Of a DNA stretch of 64,000 nt, positions 13,501-27,100 are shown piece after piece (the first letter of the stretch is position 1; the number at the start of each line of letters is the position of its first letter). The notes beneath the pieces were generated by a model. The model worked only from the letters and a program-made list of their open reading frames with translations. It ran no database searches and was not told the DNA's origin. Source of the stretch: Eledone cirrhosa (Eukaryota); NCBI GenBank assembly GCA_964016885.1, contig OZ024742.1, positions 210,552,001 through 210,616,000 on the forward strand, read 5' to 3'. The position numbers and the translations under genes are program-made.

Positions 13501-16500
13501 ATTCTAGCAAAAGTAATTTCATTTACTTTATGAAGCTTAACTGAATTTAATTAAAATGAATCCATAGAAATAGAAACGTGATACAAATGATTCTAAAGAC
13601 TCAATCTTGTGACAGCTATCAAACAAAATTTTTGATAAATTTTATTATAACATTGCTGGTATTATTTTAAAACAAACCAATATAGGCACAAGGCCAGCAA
13701 ATTTGGAGGAAGGCCAAAGTTGATTAAATCAACCCCAGTACTTGATTGGTACTTCATTTTATCAACCTTGGAAGGATGAAAGGCAAAGTTGACCATAGCA
13801 GGATTTGAACTCATAATCTAAAGAGCCAGAACATATACTGCTACACATTTATCCGATGCTCTAACAACTCTGCTAATCCACTGCTGTCAACAAAAATCAG
13901 TATCACTGACAATAGAATAACAGTCCAAATGTGGATAAAATTAAAGTAATTTCATACATTAAAAACCAAAATAATTAACTTACATCCAATTCAGCTTTTG
14001 CCTCAATGAACCTCTCCTTATCACAAACATCAACAAGGAATACAATACCATCCACTGCTGGAAAATAATCTTTCCAAACTCGTCTAACTATAGAAAAGAA
14101 AATTGGATATAATGAAAACTAAGTAACAATCAAATTTCAACACAACTTTTCCTATTACCGTAAATACTTGAATAAAAGCTGATCCCAGCCTCATATTTTA
14201 TGTCTGAGAAATGGGCAAAAAGCCAAACCCAGATTATAAGCCAAGGCAACAAGAAAATTTTAAATTAATATAAAGAAATGGAGATATATTTTTAGTTTAA
14301 GGTATTATTAAAAAAAATAAAAATCAAAATTTAAACCTTATGGAGATCATTAAAAACACCAGGGGAAGATCAAACTAAATAGGAAACCAATGTAAAATGT
14401 TTTAAATACATTCCATGGGAAATAAAAAATAATACTCTCAATGAATGTTTAACAGAAATTGCTGAGAAAATATAGCTTAGCTAGGTAAAATTGTTTTATG
14501 TCAAATGTTACATAAAGAGAATAAAAACAACTATGTCTTTCTAAGAATACTAAACTAATGACTGGCATTGGTAATGATATATTACTTAGCACTGTGGTAT
14601 CTAATTTTATTGTCACATCAACATAAACTATGGAAAGTTGCCTGATAAATATAAAGAAAAGAGAAAAAGTATCTCAGCAACAATGGTTAATATTGCTTGT
14701 ACAAATAATATGTAGCTACCATAAATTTTAAGTTTGGAGAAGTCAAGAAACCAGAGAAAAACTAAGTTTGGTAATTGAAATTTGCAATTCATCTTTATAA
14801 TGGTAAATTTGTAAATTAGAGTTGAAATTTATCGTAAAGCTTCAGTTTATAAATCCATCAGCCTACTATATAGAATACATTAAAACAAATTTCTATAAGA
14901 GTATCATCATGTAAATCACACAAAAGCACAGCAAAGCAAAAATACCTTGTTGATGTCCTCCTAAATCAAATGTTGTAAATTTCATGCCACCCATTGTTAA
15001 CTCTTCAGATGCTATAAAATAAAACAAGAGTTAATATTTGAATTGGTATACAATTTATAAACAGATATTGATCAATTAACATTTTGACTTGAAAATGTAT
15101 TTAAAAAAAAAAAAAAAAAAGAGCGAGAGAAAATGAAGTGATTACAAGTTCAGATTCATAGTCAATTGGTTAAGTTTGCAGAGATAAAAAGAGTAATTTG
15201 ATATGAAAACTAAATGTTTGCCCTTAGGAATACAAGAAATAATTTTTTTTATTTGTAAATTTTATCAGCAAGTTTCAGAGAAAATCATTAACTAAATAGA
15301 ATCTATAAATTTTAAATGCCCCCCCCCCCCCCCCCGAAATATTTGCTAAACATTCCATTTATCTAGAACGACGACTCCACCCCTATTTTGTTGATAAATA
15401 ATTTTTAAGTACTTGCTATGTGGGATCAAATAACTAGTTACATTTGTAATTTATTAATTTTCAAGAGATAATTTTTCGTTTCTATATATACACAATAGAA
15501 AAATTAGCATTTAGAATTGTGTAGAGATTATATAATCCTTTTAAGTGTCAGTCACTAAACAAGTCAACAATTGCTGACTGGTATATATACATACCTAGCA
15601 GGGAAAACGGACATTAAATGATACGAAATATTAATCAATTTTAAATTTGGGGGCATTTGTTCAGCCATCTCTCTCAGAGTGACTGTGGAATTAAAGTAGA
15701 CAACAAAAAAGCTATGTTGTATTTTTATTTCATTACTGCCTCTCCTACCATCCTCTCACTCTTATATTTTCCCTTCTTTGATGGTCATAATTTTAGCCTT
15801 GAACAAAAACAATCTAGGGTCAAGGCAACCTTTCTAGTTTTGCAGCCCAAATAAACTGCATCAAGTACACTCTGTAAAGTGGTTGATATTAGCAAGAAAA
15901 CACCTATCTGTAAAAAACATGCCAACATGGATCATATGAGGTGTGGTCCTCTAATCAATCTCATGATATGGAAAGTTGACATAAAATGCTGATAACGATA
16001 CATACTGAAGATTAAGAAATTATGGCAATTACTAAATGTCAACAACCTCTCACTGAAAGCTATATTCGAAATAGATTAATTCCTAAGTACATTTGCACAA
16101 TAAAATACACCTATCCACAAGTGACTTAATAGGTTGGGTATCCAGGGTTAAAAAAATGTAATGGGAAAAAAAAAAAAAAAAAAAAAAAAAATACACACAC
16201 AAACAAACAAGGGAAATGGACTCTGCAAGCCACAACACAAGTAACTTGTATTGGAGCATAGTGACTGAATAAAACTGATACAGGACAGAGGAAATTTTAG
16301 TCCTGGTGCCATGAGAAAATACACCCAGTCTATGCTGTAAAATTATTGGTGATAATACAAACACTTAAACACAAAATTCATGACAAAAGAAATGGAAATG
16401 TTATTGTGTGTGCAAGATGACAAGAGACTAAAGGAACTGAGATGATATGAAACCCATCTAACCATGAAAAAAAAAGCATGTAAAATATGATGATATTGAT

Positions 16501-19500
16501 TCAATTATCATAAAATAATGAAAACATTTTCCATTAGTAGTAAATTTAATCAAATTTTAATAAAATAAATATATATCAAATATGAGGTTATCTTACTGGG
16601 ATGTAATGTTGGTACATGTTGTGCCATTCGCTCATCTTTGAGCATGTGTAATAATGTTGTCTTTCCCGCATTATCTAGGCCAAGAAATACAAGTTTGCCT
16701 GATTTTTTATACAAACCTGAAAAACAAAATGAAAAATATACTTTAAAAATGCTTGGTTTCATTTCACTAGCATTAATTAGAAATGTCTTGCAGTATTACC
16801 ATAACATTTAAATGTTTGATGTATCTCAAAACATTTGGAAAATACAAAATTCAATATTGTAATGAAATTAAACTTGCACCAAGCATCTATAAATGAGAAC
16901 GATAGTACAACATTACTTAACTGGAGTAACTGCTTGTTTTCAAAGTGCAAAATTTCTAAAAACATCTTTGCTAATGTTAATCTAAAATTCCAACAGTAAA
17001 ATTACTAATAATATTTTTTTTGTCAATTCATGTAAAGCTCTACTTGCTTTCAATAACTTCTCAAAATATTCAGTATTCAATCAATAAAACCCAACACAAA
17101 TAAAATATTAAATAAGAGAAATCTGACATCAAGTCAAATAGGACTGGGCTAATATTATTGCATGGCTGCTATCACATCATACTGGATATAATAAATTTGC
17201 AGGCTTTTGCAGTTATTTCGAAAACAGATCTATTGATCAAAGTTGAGTAGAATCTAAGAATCATCATTTCAAAGACCCTTTAACCCATTACTCTATATTT
17301 ACTAATGTATTTTCATGGTAAACACTATTTCATATAAATATTGAATCTACGAGATTTTTATATTTATTTTGAGAACAATACTTTAATGTAGGTATAATGT
17401 AGATATGGTCAGTTTGAACAGAACGAGGTGACAGAATTCTGGCCGGATACGGCTGGTTTAAATGCTAAAGAATTAAACTGAAGATAAAAAGATAATTCAC
17501 AATCTATTCTGCATATTATGTTCATTATGTCTAAACTAGACTAATGTAATATAACTGCAATTTTTTAAAGGTTATAGTAGTAGTGATTCATAATTTGTTT
17601 TCAATTAAAGTTTCAGGCTATTTCCAGTTGGTTGAAAACAAGATCATTATTCACACAACTATTTAGCCAAATGGACATTCCCTTAATTTTACTATTGAAT
17701 TCACACTGGAAACAGGACTAAAACCAGCTTATTAATTGATATCAAATATACAATAGGTGAAATTATGCAGTTAAACTCTTAATAGCAATAGTATTATTAC
17801 TAAAAAATGAAACTTCCAAGTGTACAACAGAGCAGCAAACTATCAATGTATCCGCTCTCCGATAGATTTGTGGTAGAATTCTGATGTTCTTGGCTCCTGG
17901 ATCACATCTCTACTCACTACTACCAGAGTGGAGTTAGCTACCCGCAAATGCGAGCTCTGCAAGTTGGAGTGGCTGCTGCAGCCTGTCTTCCACTAGGGCA
18001 ATGTCTTCCCCGGGACTACGAGGCAGACTAACCCTTAAACAAAGTGTAGTAATTTCTCACACACACAGTTTATACAACATACATATTTTTGGAGTAAGTG
18101 CCAACTAAACGAATATCGTTTCAACATAGTACTTATCACCTTAACCAGAGCAGAGTACATATTTTGACAATAGCCAATACTTATCTATTGTTTATTGTGA
18201 ACCGCTACCATTATTATTTCCAGCCACCAAAAAAATAACTGTTATTACCTTTGTCATGTTTGCTAGCATGTCTGCTTTGGTATCTCCAACCGAAACTAGA
18301 AAGCCCAAATTATTTTTGTTAATGATTTCTAAGCAAAATAAACCTTTTCTTTATGTCTCAAAATTTTGTTTTACCAAATGATTTGGCAGAGAATTCAGAA
18401 ATTATTTCCAGTTAATTCTTTTAATACTCATCACATTAAATATTTTAGTACTAATGTAACTATTTTTAAGTATCTACCCCAACTCTATTCAATTTGTAGG
18501 GTGAAATACAACTTTTATATTGTGTTGTGAATATATTAACACAATTGTTTTCAGATATTAGTAGCTACAATAGTTTAGAATTGCAAAATACACTCAAATA
18601 CTGACCACATATTTAGAAACAAATTTTCTGTTATTTCTACTCATCAAACTTTTGATACTGGATAAAATATTTCTTTTGTTAATTTAACGAAATGAGAATA
18701 TTAGTGACATCCTAACATCTAACTGAAGCAGAATAAATGCAATTTATGACAAGTGAATTTTCTTTCTTAATGGAGAAAAATCAACAAAATAACAGTGTTT
18801 CAGTTTCACAATTAGAACATATAACCAGTCCTCTTAATTAGTAATAATACTGGCATTTCAATTACTTCTTTGAATAAGCTTTCTAACATACAAACTAATA
18901 TCAGTCATGAATATGTAATTTAGTATATAATATTGTAAAATACATAAAATATTATACTCTATTTACATTAGATCTAATCTCGTCACTAACTTAAGATTTT
19001 TAACCGAAATAAGTTAGTTTTGCAAATTCAGAAAAACACCAAGTTCAAAATCCTCTAAAATGATAGACAAAAATTGCATTGTGTAAGATTTAATCCTATT
19101 TAAACCCACAAAATTTATATATTTGTCTGTATATAAAAAAATTGCACTTTGCAGATTAAGTAAAAATATATTTAAAAATTCAGTAATAACATTTTATACA
19201 ACTAGAAGGGTTGATAAACAATTTGAATGCAAAGCTTCTTCACCCACTTATTCCTGAGAGTCGTGGGGACGGAGTCCTCAGACGCACATCTGTCTCCAAA
19301 TTATCACTTTACAAAGCATTACATTTTCTTTCAAAAGCAACAAACATCAAAATTTTACAATTTCCAATATATTACAGTGAGTAGTCAATTAAAACCATAA
19401 TCTACTTTAAAGTCAATAACACACACGAGTGAATCATTTCCACATTTTCTATTTTGAAATTCTTATTTTGCAATATAGGGGCAACAGCGTTCACAGTTGG

Positions 19501-21996
19501 ATTCCATTCCTACTATTAACAACTTCCATGGTAGACTTCTTTTTTGTAAAATACAAATTTATTTAAATTTTCTATAGTCAGGTCAGTTTCAAAACTATAT
19601 CTTATAAATCTGAATTGAAAATAATGAGTTATTTACTCCTGAAGCACATTTTGTTCACATATTAAACCTTTCACATGCTTTTTGTTATCTGAAATCTGTT
19701 TAATGCCTTATAATGAACTTTGCTATAACTCAATGTTCTTGCCATCATCCATAAACACACTCATACTAGTTAAGTTGGGCTCCTGACTTGTCTATCAAGG
19801 CCATCTTAATTTCCTGAAGAGATTCCAGGCCATTATCCTGTAATATTAATGTAAGTAACATGATGTCCACCACAATGTCCCACTGATTCCACAGGCCCCT
19901 TTTTGAAGCTTCCTTTTCTGTCAAACTACTGCCACTCCACAAAAGCCAGACATCAGCGTACTAACCTTCACCGCTATTTTCTGTTCATTTCCCAAGTACC
20001 CATGTCTTGCTGGCATACAAGGGCAGCAATTCAACAGCGGCTGAAACAACCTTTTTGTTCCTCTTGACTTCCAGATTATCAGTTATTTATGGCAGTGTGC
20101 CTGATTTTGACACCAGTATCAGACCTGCTCATCCAACCCTCCTAGACACCTGATATATTCAGCTTTGTGCTATTCACTGTTCTCAATTCAGCACCAACAT
20201 TCTGGGTGAATATTGTGCATTCGTTATTTTTTTGTTTTGTTTGTGTGCAGTTCAATCTTCACTTGTTTAACTCAACACAATGAGCACATCACATTATAAA
20301 TTGAAGTCTTTGCTCTACTATTGTAAATTTCCACAACAAACTGCTCAGTAGTAAACATTTTAATTAAACACATTTTTGAATGTAAACAAACATAAGCGTA
20401 GCCGATCTCTCAAACTTTTACGAAGTGCTGAAGTAATCAAGTTAATAAAGAGTGATGTGCTCGTGTGTAGAGATGCTATAAAATAGGTAGGCTATTTTAT
20501 AGCATCTCCAAGCATATGCACATCACTCGAATATTTTCTGCTAAATCATTACAGGATTGTAAGAGTTAAGCAACTCTTGTGTTTGTTAAATAGATATCAG
20601 CAAAATCAAGTTTGGTGATAATGAAAGCCTGTCTATGGTAAATCCTAAGCTTTCTCTGCACATCACTCGAATATTTTCTGCTAAATCTTTACAGGATTGT
20701 AAGAGTTAAGCAACTCTTGTGCTTGTTAAATAGATATCAGCAAAATCAAGTTTGGTGATAATGAAAGCCTGTCTATGGTAAATCCTAAGCTTTCTCCTCT
20801 GTTGACTGCTTTACATATTGCTAAGTCCAAGATTATAGTGAACAGATAAGGTGCAAGAGTGTTTACTTGCAGTCCCCAAGCCAGTATCTGGAAATTTCAA
20901 TTTCTCTATCTATAGGAAGTACCTAAATTCTGGTATTTTCATAACTCTTTTACTAGCTCCTCCAGTATTCCGTATGCTTGCAGGATTTTGAGCATTTTGC
21001 CTCAATAAATATTACCAAAAGCTTTACTGAAATCAATAAAGATAATGATAGACAATTTTCTGGCTTCGACACCTTCAATTATTCATTGCAGGGATAGTCT
21101 TTGTGATATTGATTGGCCTGTTCTGAAACCATTTTTGTTTGGTCTCAGGCAACAATTGAAAATAAGTTTAACTTGGTTCAGTAACATTCTGTTTGTCACT
21201 GAAAGAGCTAAAGAAGACAGTGGGATTCCTCTGTTTTTTACCCTACATCATGGAAGTTCCCTAATTTCGGAATCAATAATAGGTCACTTTTGCATAACTG
21301 GTCTATAATTTCTTGTTCATAATATTTTGATCATCCTTTTGTAAAATGTCAGTTATTTAAAAATAATTTATATTTTGTTTCTGAGATGGTCCTATCAGAA
21401 GTAACCATTTCCAAATTATCCAACTGGATCCCCAAACGAGACCAACTGAGGCTATGGATATTATCCAACCATCATACTTGTAGTCAAAATCAGGGTCTCC
21501 TGTCAGTTGGTTTTGCCTGTAAAATCTGTCCTGCATTCTGACCACGACTGTAATACTGGATCTGTGATCTATTGATGCGGAGAAGTAGTGTCGATACCTG
21601 GAATGACTCCCTCTTCTCCAAGCTATTAAACCTAATTACTAAAGATATAAAATATAACAAAAACTATAGAAGTAAGCTATTACCAAGATTTACATAAAAG
21701 ATCTAATCTAGTCACCAATTTGAGATTTTCAATTATTAAACAAAATATAAACATTTATCAATTATAATTGTTGCCAATAAAGAAATTATTATTAGCTAAT
21801 TGGTGGCAGTTGGAGCATTATTATGCAAATACATATATGAGAGACAACAACCATAAATAAATAATGTACAAATATCAATTTTAATATCGGCCGTCAAAGT
21901 TTCATTAAAATACTCCAAGCAGTTTGGCAAAACTATAATGAAGTTATTCTTACCTATAAAATTTAGGATGTTGGTAATCCATTCAAGCATAAACAT
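10470..21996 (-). CDS. SAR1: SAR1 small GTPase (COPII coat initiator), 193 aa, 6 coding exons
   Basis: Exons 21954-21996, 16597-16716, 14946-15011, 13984-14087, 12762-12893 and 10470-10586, all GT-AG and phase-consistent (43+120+66+104+132+117=582 nt). Protein [35 protein letters not shown]...DLGGH...NKID...[25 protein letters not shown] has G1, G3 with the Sar1-specific His, and G4. Confidence 0.97.
11895..12420 (+). mobile_element. 5'-truncated RTE-clade (BovB-like) LINE, 3' end
   Basis: [12 protein letters not shown]...RRLERNEA...[10 protein letters not shown]-type RTE C-terminus, ending in a (GAT)n tail. Same subfamily as 49211-49860. Confidence 0.85.
12762..12893 (-). CDS. SAR1: SAR1 coding exon 5 (G4 NKID)
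   Basis: ctgtag|AGT CTG CTG...LGNKID...TTGK|gtaata. Confidence 0.96.
12976..13190 (-). mobile_element. Short RTE-3'UTR-derived element
   Basis: (CAT)n tail on the left and similarity to the 3'UTR of the RTE at 41430-41730. Confidence 0.6.
13683..13885 (-). mobile_element. Near full-length Meta-type tRNA SINE
   Basis: Reverse complement of the 5378-5590 copy, including head, B-box, central domain and GCTGGCCTTGTGCC tail. Confidence 0.8.
13984..14087 (-). CDS. SAR1: SAR1 coding exon 4
   Basis: ctatag|TT AGA CGA GTT TGG...AELD|gtaagt. Confidence 0.96.
14946..15011 (-). CDS. SAR1: SAR1 coding exon 3 (switch I/G3)
   Basis: ttatag|CA TCT GAA GAG...FDLGGHQQ G|gtatt. Confidence 0.96.
16597..16716 (-). 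CDS. SAR1: SAR1 coding exon 2 (P-loop)
   Basis: ttttcag|GT TTG TAT AAA...GLDNAGKTT...CAT CCC A|gtaaga. Confidence 0.97.
17284..17472 (-). mobile_element. TTAA-flanked MITE (piggyBac-like), same family as 36596-36840
   Basis: TTAA at 17280-17283 and 17473-17476. The body aligns in reverse with 36600-36790. Confidence 0.7.
19790..21620 (-). mobile_element. Highly degraded RTE-like LINE in a SAR1 intron, containing a roughly 140-bp tandem duplication (about 20518-20795)
   Basis: Minus-strand remnants [13 protein letters not shown] and ITKLDFADI correspond to RT motifs B and C. The duplicated block starts GCACATCACTCGAATATTTTCTG. Confidence 0.65.
21954..21996 (-). CDS. SAR1: SAR1 coding exon 1 (amphipathic N-terminal helix); exon starts at 22005 with 9 nt of UTR
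   Basis: tttag|GTGTTAAGA ATG TTT ATG CTT GAA TGG...ATA G|gtaaga. Confidence 0.92.
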
Positions 21997-23901
21997 TCTT
22001 AACACCTAAAGTAATAAATAAATATATATAGGTATACCATAAAAGAAAAATAATAAAAAAAATATAAGGTTATACAATGTAGACAAAAAGTGCCCACGCT
22101 AAAGTATGTATATATGATATAAATCGCTATGAAAAAGTTTAGATAATTTGAATAACCTGAAATTTATATGTATACTCGTGATTGAGTAAGCAGAAGCAAA
22201 AATAAATCTCCCTTATTAAAAATGTGTAATGAAGTAAATGTAATTATATGACATAATTGTGTGACAACTGAAGCAGACTTGCCTGTAGAAAAATCGTATT
22301 GCGTAGAATTTGTTTACTGAAATTATTCGAAAATCATATATTTTCACTTATTCAGCTAAAATAGATACGAGTTAGATATTATCTTAAGTCTGTTAAGGTA
22401 ACAAAATCAAGTTTAAAAGCTAGTAGCATCTGAAATAACTGATATTTTATTCTTTATAAAGAGATGAATATGGCATAACTGTAAAGTCTATGTAAATCAT
22501 TAACTTCAAATTGAATACAATAGTTTTTTTTAAAGTAAACATTTCTCCAGGAATAAAACATGTTTAAAAATACAACCTAGCTCATAGACTATTTAAATAT
22601 AAAAAAACCCAACGTTATTGAGATTATCATGGAATTGATAGGCGTTCATTTTAGTTGACATTAAAGTCAACTGTAAACTAATTTACTTCGGGACTTACAT
22701 ATCAAGTTGACAATTTTATAATCAGATCGAATGCTATTTACTTACTATTCGACAAACTACAAGATTAAACGTGTAAACAATCTTAACTTGTTACTGTCGT
22801 ATTAGCTTACAATTTTTTTAATGCCGATTCGTCAAAAAACATCGAAGGCGATCTTTACCAAGAACATGGTAGTAGCTACTATTCTTCAAGAGAACTGCTA
22901 TCAACTAATTTAGTAATTGGTAAAATAGTAAATTATAGCAACTATGATTACGTTAAGAAAAGAAATGCCAACATATAGCAGATTTTTTAATCTGAAAAAT
23001 TTTCATTTGATATTTCGATTAAATGGAGGGCATCTACAAAATACTTAATTCCGACATAACCACCATAAAAGAATGAAATGTAGCAGTTTGAAAATCTCTT
23101 GAATTTCCATGATTTATACATTATTCTGCAAACATGGACAAAGAGAGATATTGTATAAAGTTCAAAGTTGAAAACTATCTATGTATTTAGTCACAAGATG
23201 ACCACATCTCTAATCTGCCATACATTCACAAAGGAAAAGAAACTTTTTGTCTGAATGAAATCGAAGTTTTCGTTTAATGAATCTAATAACCGATCGTTTA
23301 GCTATCTAGTTCGCTAACCAGGAAGTTTTATAACCACAGCTTATAATTCAGTAAAATACTAACGTATCGGTGAAATGTTTTTTGCGTACAACCCATTACG
23401 AAACAATCTGTAAAGTTGACATCCAAACCTAAGTCATGTGTGTATTTCTATCTATATGGACTGAATTAGGAATTGAAATATTTGTCATAACTTTGATTTA
23501 ATAAAAGAAAAAGAAAAAAAGACAGCTTAATTTTTATCAACGATTGAAATGAACAGCCAACAAGATTATAAATATTCTAATTATATTACTTTGGAAATTT
23601 CCTGAAAGAATAGAAATAATACACACGTATATGTATATATACATATATATATAGCTGGAAAAATAATCAGTCTAGGCGTATTCAACTACATCTGTTGATA
23701 TATATATATATATATATACATACATGTACATCAACATTTTAAATTATCGGACTAATAAAATACACCATAATGAGAAGTCATTCAATTAAAATGAAATTAT
23801 CAATATAGAATACTTTTCAAAAATAAACAAGAATTAAAAAACTTAATTTTATGACAAAAAAACAACAAAGTTAAGATTGTAAAGCGACTTAATTCATTTA
23901 C

Positions 23902-23960
23902 CTTTCGAAGGGTTTGCACAACAAAACAAAATGGCTGCACTAATTGTGGACAGAGATCAA
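23902..23960 (-). other. SAR1: Probable non-coding first exon of SAR1
   Basis: Good donor CGAAAG|gtaaat at 23902/23901 next to the promoter. Coding exon 1 has an upstream acceptor and so needs a 5' exon. The TSS is not determinable. Confidence 0.6.
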
Positions 23961-24111
23961 CATTAATTTGAGTGGAACAATTTTATTGGTTAACGTTTTT
24001 CCTTCATCCAATAGTAAATAGTGTAACACAATATTACAATCAACGTGTCTATGACACGCATGCGTTTTTTTTTATATTTCCAGCGGTCGGCAATTGTACC
24101 AAACTTGAATT
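23920..24111. promoter_or_regulatory. Compact bidirectional promoter shared by SAR1 and MRPS24
   Basis: Head-to-head genes. YY1-like CAAAATGGCTGC at 23927-23938, ATTGG at 23985-23989, CCAAT at 24008-24012, NRF1-like palindrome ACGCATGCGT at 24056-24065. CpG visibly retained locally. Confidence 0.7.
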
Positions 24112-24147
24112 ATGTCTTCGTATTTTTGCACCTATCTCATGAGAACG
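24112..24147 (+). CDS. MRPS24: MRPS24 coding exon 1 (MSSYFCTYLMRT, start of presequence)
   Basis: ATG...ACG|gtaagt is a consensus donor, and phase 0 matches exon 2. Not conserved enough to confirm by homology. Confidence 0.7.
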
Positions 24148-27100
24148 GTAAGTTATAAATGAACTAACATTTATATTCGATAAATCATCGTGGGAATTTC
24201 GCCACTTGCTCCAAACGGACAGTCCATATGCGATTTATAATTTTATATTATGTAACATGATTTGCGTATAAACTAGTATATTTAAAAAAAAATTATCTCT
24301 AGTTTTCAGTCTTTTTTTATCGACGTACAAAAATGCCCTTAATTGTTGTTATGTTTACGTAAAGTTAAAAGTAGCATAATCATTTATGTAATATATTAGG
24401 TGATTGACGTATAAAGACTTTACGTGTAAATTACTTAAACGGTGATTATTCTATTTATGTTATTTCGTGATTGATATTCGATTCTTTACTCAATAAATAT
24501 TGTTAGTAATATATGTCATATCTTTTTTCCACAACATCTCAATAATATTCTTTTTATGCTTCTAAAAGATAGAAAATGGTTGATAGAATTTTGTGATAAC
24601 TTGACGGAGTTTCTCGTTTGTATTATAACCTGCAGATGTCCTTTACGCACATTATTGGGTTAGTTGCCCAAGGACAGCAAGTGATAATGCCGACTGCAAG
24701 GTCTAACAGCTGTGAAATTGGTATATGCTGGTTTTGGACAGATGTTATGTTTTTACATGTCATTCTTATTTACATCTAGCTCAACTATACTTTTAAATCT
24801 TGACCAAATTTAGTGCTCATCTAGTTTGAAATATTTTAATTTTCCAAATATTGGTGCCAATTGTTCATGTTTCATAATTCATTACTCAGTTTCTAAGATA
24901 GATTAAATATATTCTATATGCTCAGTTTATTAAACATTAAGTATTCTAGAGAATTAGCAGTCATTATGCAAATATTACAAAAACTCCAGCCTATTATAAT
25001 ACTTGTCTGTACTTGAAGGCTAATGGTTAGAGTGTTGGATTCATGATCATTAAGGTTCTGAGTTCGATTGTCGTATTGGGTGGTGTATTGTCTTATGAGC
25101 AAAACACTTCATTTCACATTGCTTTTCATGATAGATTCCCTATCATTAAAAGATCCGCAAAACCTATGAGATGCAAACTTGTAGGAGGCCAGCTTAACCT
25201 GCTTATAGGTGTGAACTTTATTTTTAGAATTATAGCCTGATTGTACTGGACGGCGAAAAAAGAAAATGAAAAGGGGGGAAAAAGAAAGAAGGATCAAGCA
25301 ACGAAAGAAAGGGAAAGAGGTGTTCACTACACCCCTGTCTGAGCAGTGGCACAGCTGTGCCCTGCAGACAAAACAGCAACAGTGTTACTACAAAGAGACA
25401 CCTGCTGCAACAGCTACCCCAGGTCATGGGGCTCCTTCCTCAAGTGGGTTGGTGTCTTTCTGAGTTTGTGGAGGAAATCAGCAGTATGGGGACGAAGGAC
25501 GACAGGTCTCGATGAAAACCTGTGCAAAGAAGTCGTTGGTCAGGCCCTAGTATTTGACTCTTCATCTCCTCTGATTGGGGGCAGTAGAGCCTGGATTGTC
25601 ACCGAAGCAACAAGGCCGGAGGCAGAGAAAAAGTCACTGCACATCGCATTCCAAATTAGGGATTTGCTCCTCTCAAAAGGGAAGGGGGTGCTTGCCAGCT
25701 GACTAATTGTGAAGTGAAATCGGCTGTGTTGAGACTCCTTCTGATGATGTTATTCAGAGCAGCATGGTGGGGAAGTTGACCTGCATTAAGGCGGCAAAAT
25801 AGCGACTCAACTGCTCTACAATGGTATCTGTGTGGCTGGCACACGTGAAGGCACTGTGCGACTCCAATGCTGATGTACTCTTTATCAAGAAGGGTACTGG
25901 TTGATGAAGAAGGCACTGAATGGAACCAAGCGCCACTGTTTGGTTGTGAGGTGGAGAGTAGGCAGGCGAAACAGTGTTGGTCTGTGGAAGATTTGATCTG
26001 CCTAAAGGTGAACTTGCACTTGATGTTCTAGTTACATTGGACATCAGTAGACTCAGAGACGGCAAGTCCTTCGACAGTTTAATCGGGCAAGGCTGACTCA
26101 AGTTCTTGGGCCATATAAGGTTCCGTCATCTTGCAGAGGATCTTGTTGATGAAGGTATAACTGGAGGAGATTGAGGAGAGATAGACCGGCAGTGCCAAGT
26201 CAAGAGTGGATTAGAAGCTTAGGCTGCCAAATCTCACAGGGAGTTTCGCCTGTCGGCACTGTTGAAGCAAGTACTACAGGTGAGTTAGGCACAGCATTGG
26301 ATGGTGGCATTGAGTTCGACAAGTTAATCCGCTAAAGGGTGGCATAGTGCACCGCATAGCATGAAGAGAAATTTGAGGAGAGCGAAGTAGTTCCTTAAGA
26401 GGAAGTGTGCTGGGTGCATGTCTAGGGGTGAATCTCTCTGTTATCCTCACCAAGTTTACATGCTTGGTCTCCAGGCACTCATGGGAGGATTGGAAAGCCA
26501 AGAATGCAGACAACATCATATGGCGTCAGCTGAACCCCAGTCAGGACAGGATCGATGTTGAGTATGGTATCTTGGAATTTGACCTTGCTGTAGCTCAGAT
26601 TGACAACCTCAGATTTCGACTGGTTGCTCTCCAGTCCTAGGTTCCATAGGGTAGGGATGATCCATTGGAGGTCCTCAGCAACAGACTCAACCGGGCCTCC
26701 CAGATTCGTGTAGTCCAAGTACCAGACATGGAAGGGCGAGCAGACTGAGTAGGCGATGTCATCAACAGCCAGTACAAAAAGGAGCGGACTGAGTGAGTCC
26801 CCTCACTGGATACCTGTGGTGGAGGTGATCCATTTATCAACAACCACGAGTGTGCTGAGTAAAAGAGGTATGTGAGAAGGTGCAACGAGGAAACACGCCT
26901 CTAAGATGTGATCCCGCCTAACTTGTCTATACACACCTTTTGAAAGTAAATGGTCATATTTGTTTGTTTCTTGGAAGGTAAGATTACATGTTTCATCTTT
27001 GAGTTGACCAGCATAAGTATTGAGTGTTTAAAGGAGGGGGGAATTCTGACCTTTTGTAAGCAAAACAGAATCTCTTAAGGTACTTTACAGTGTATGAAAC

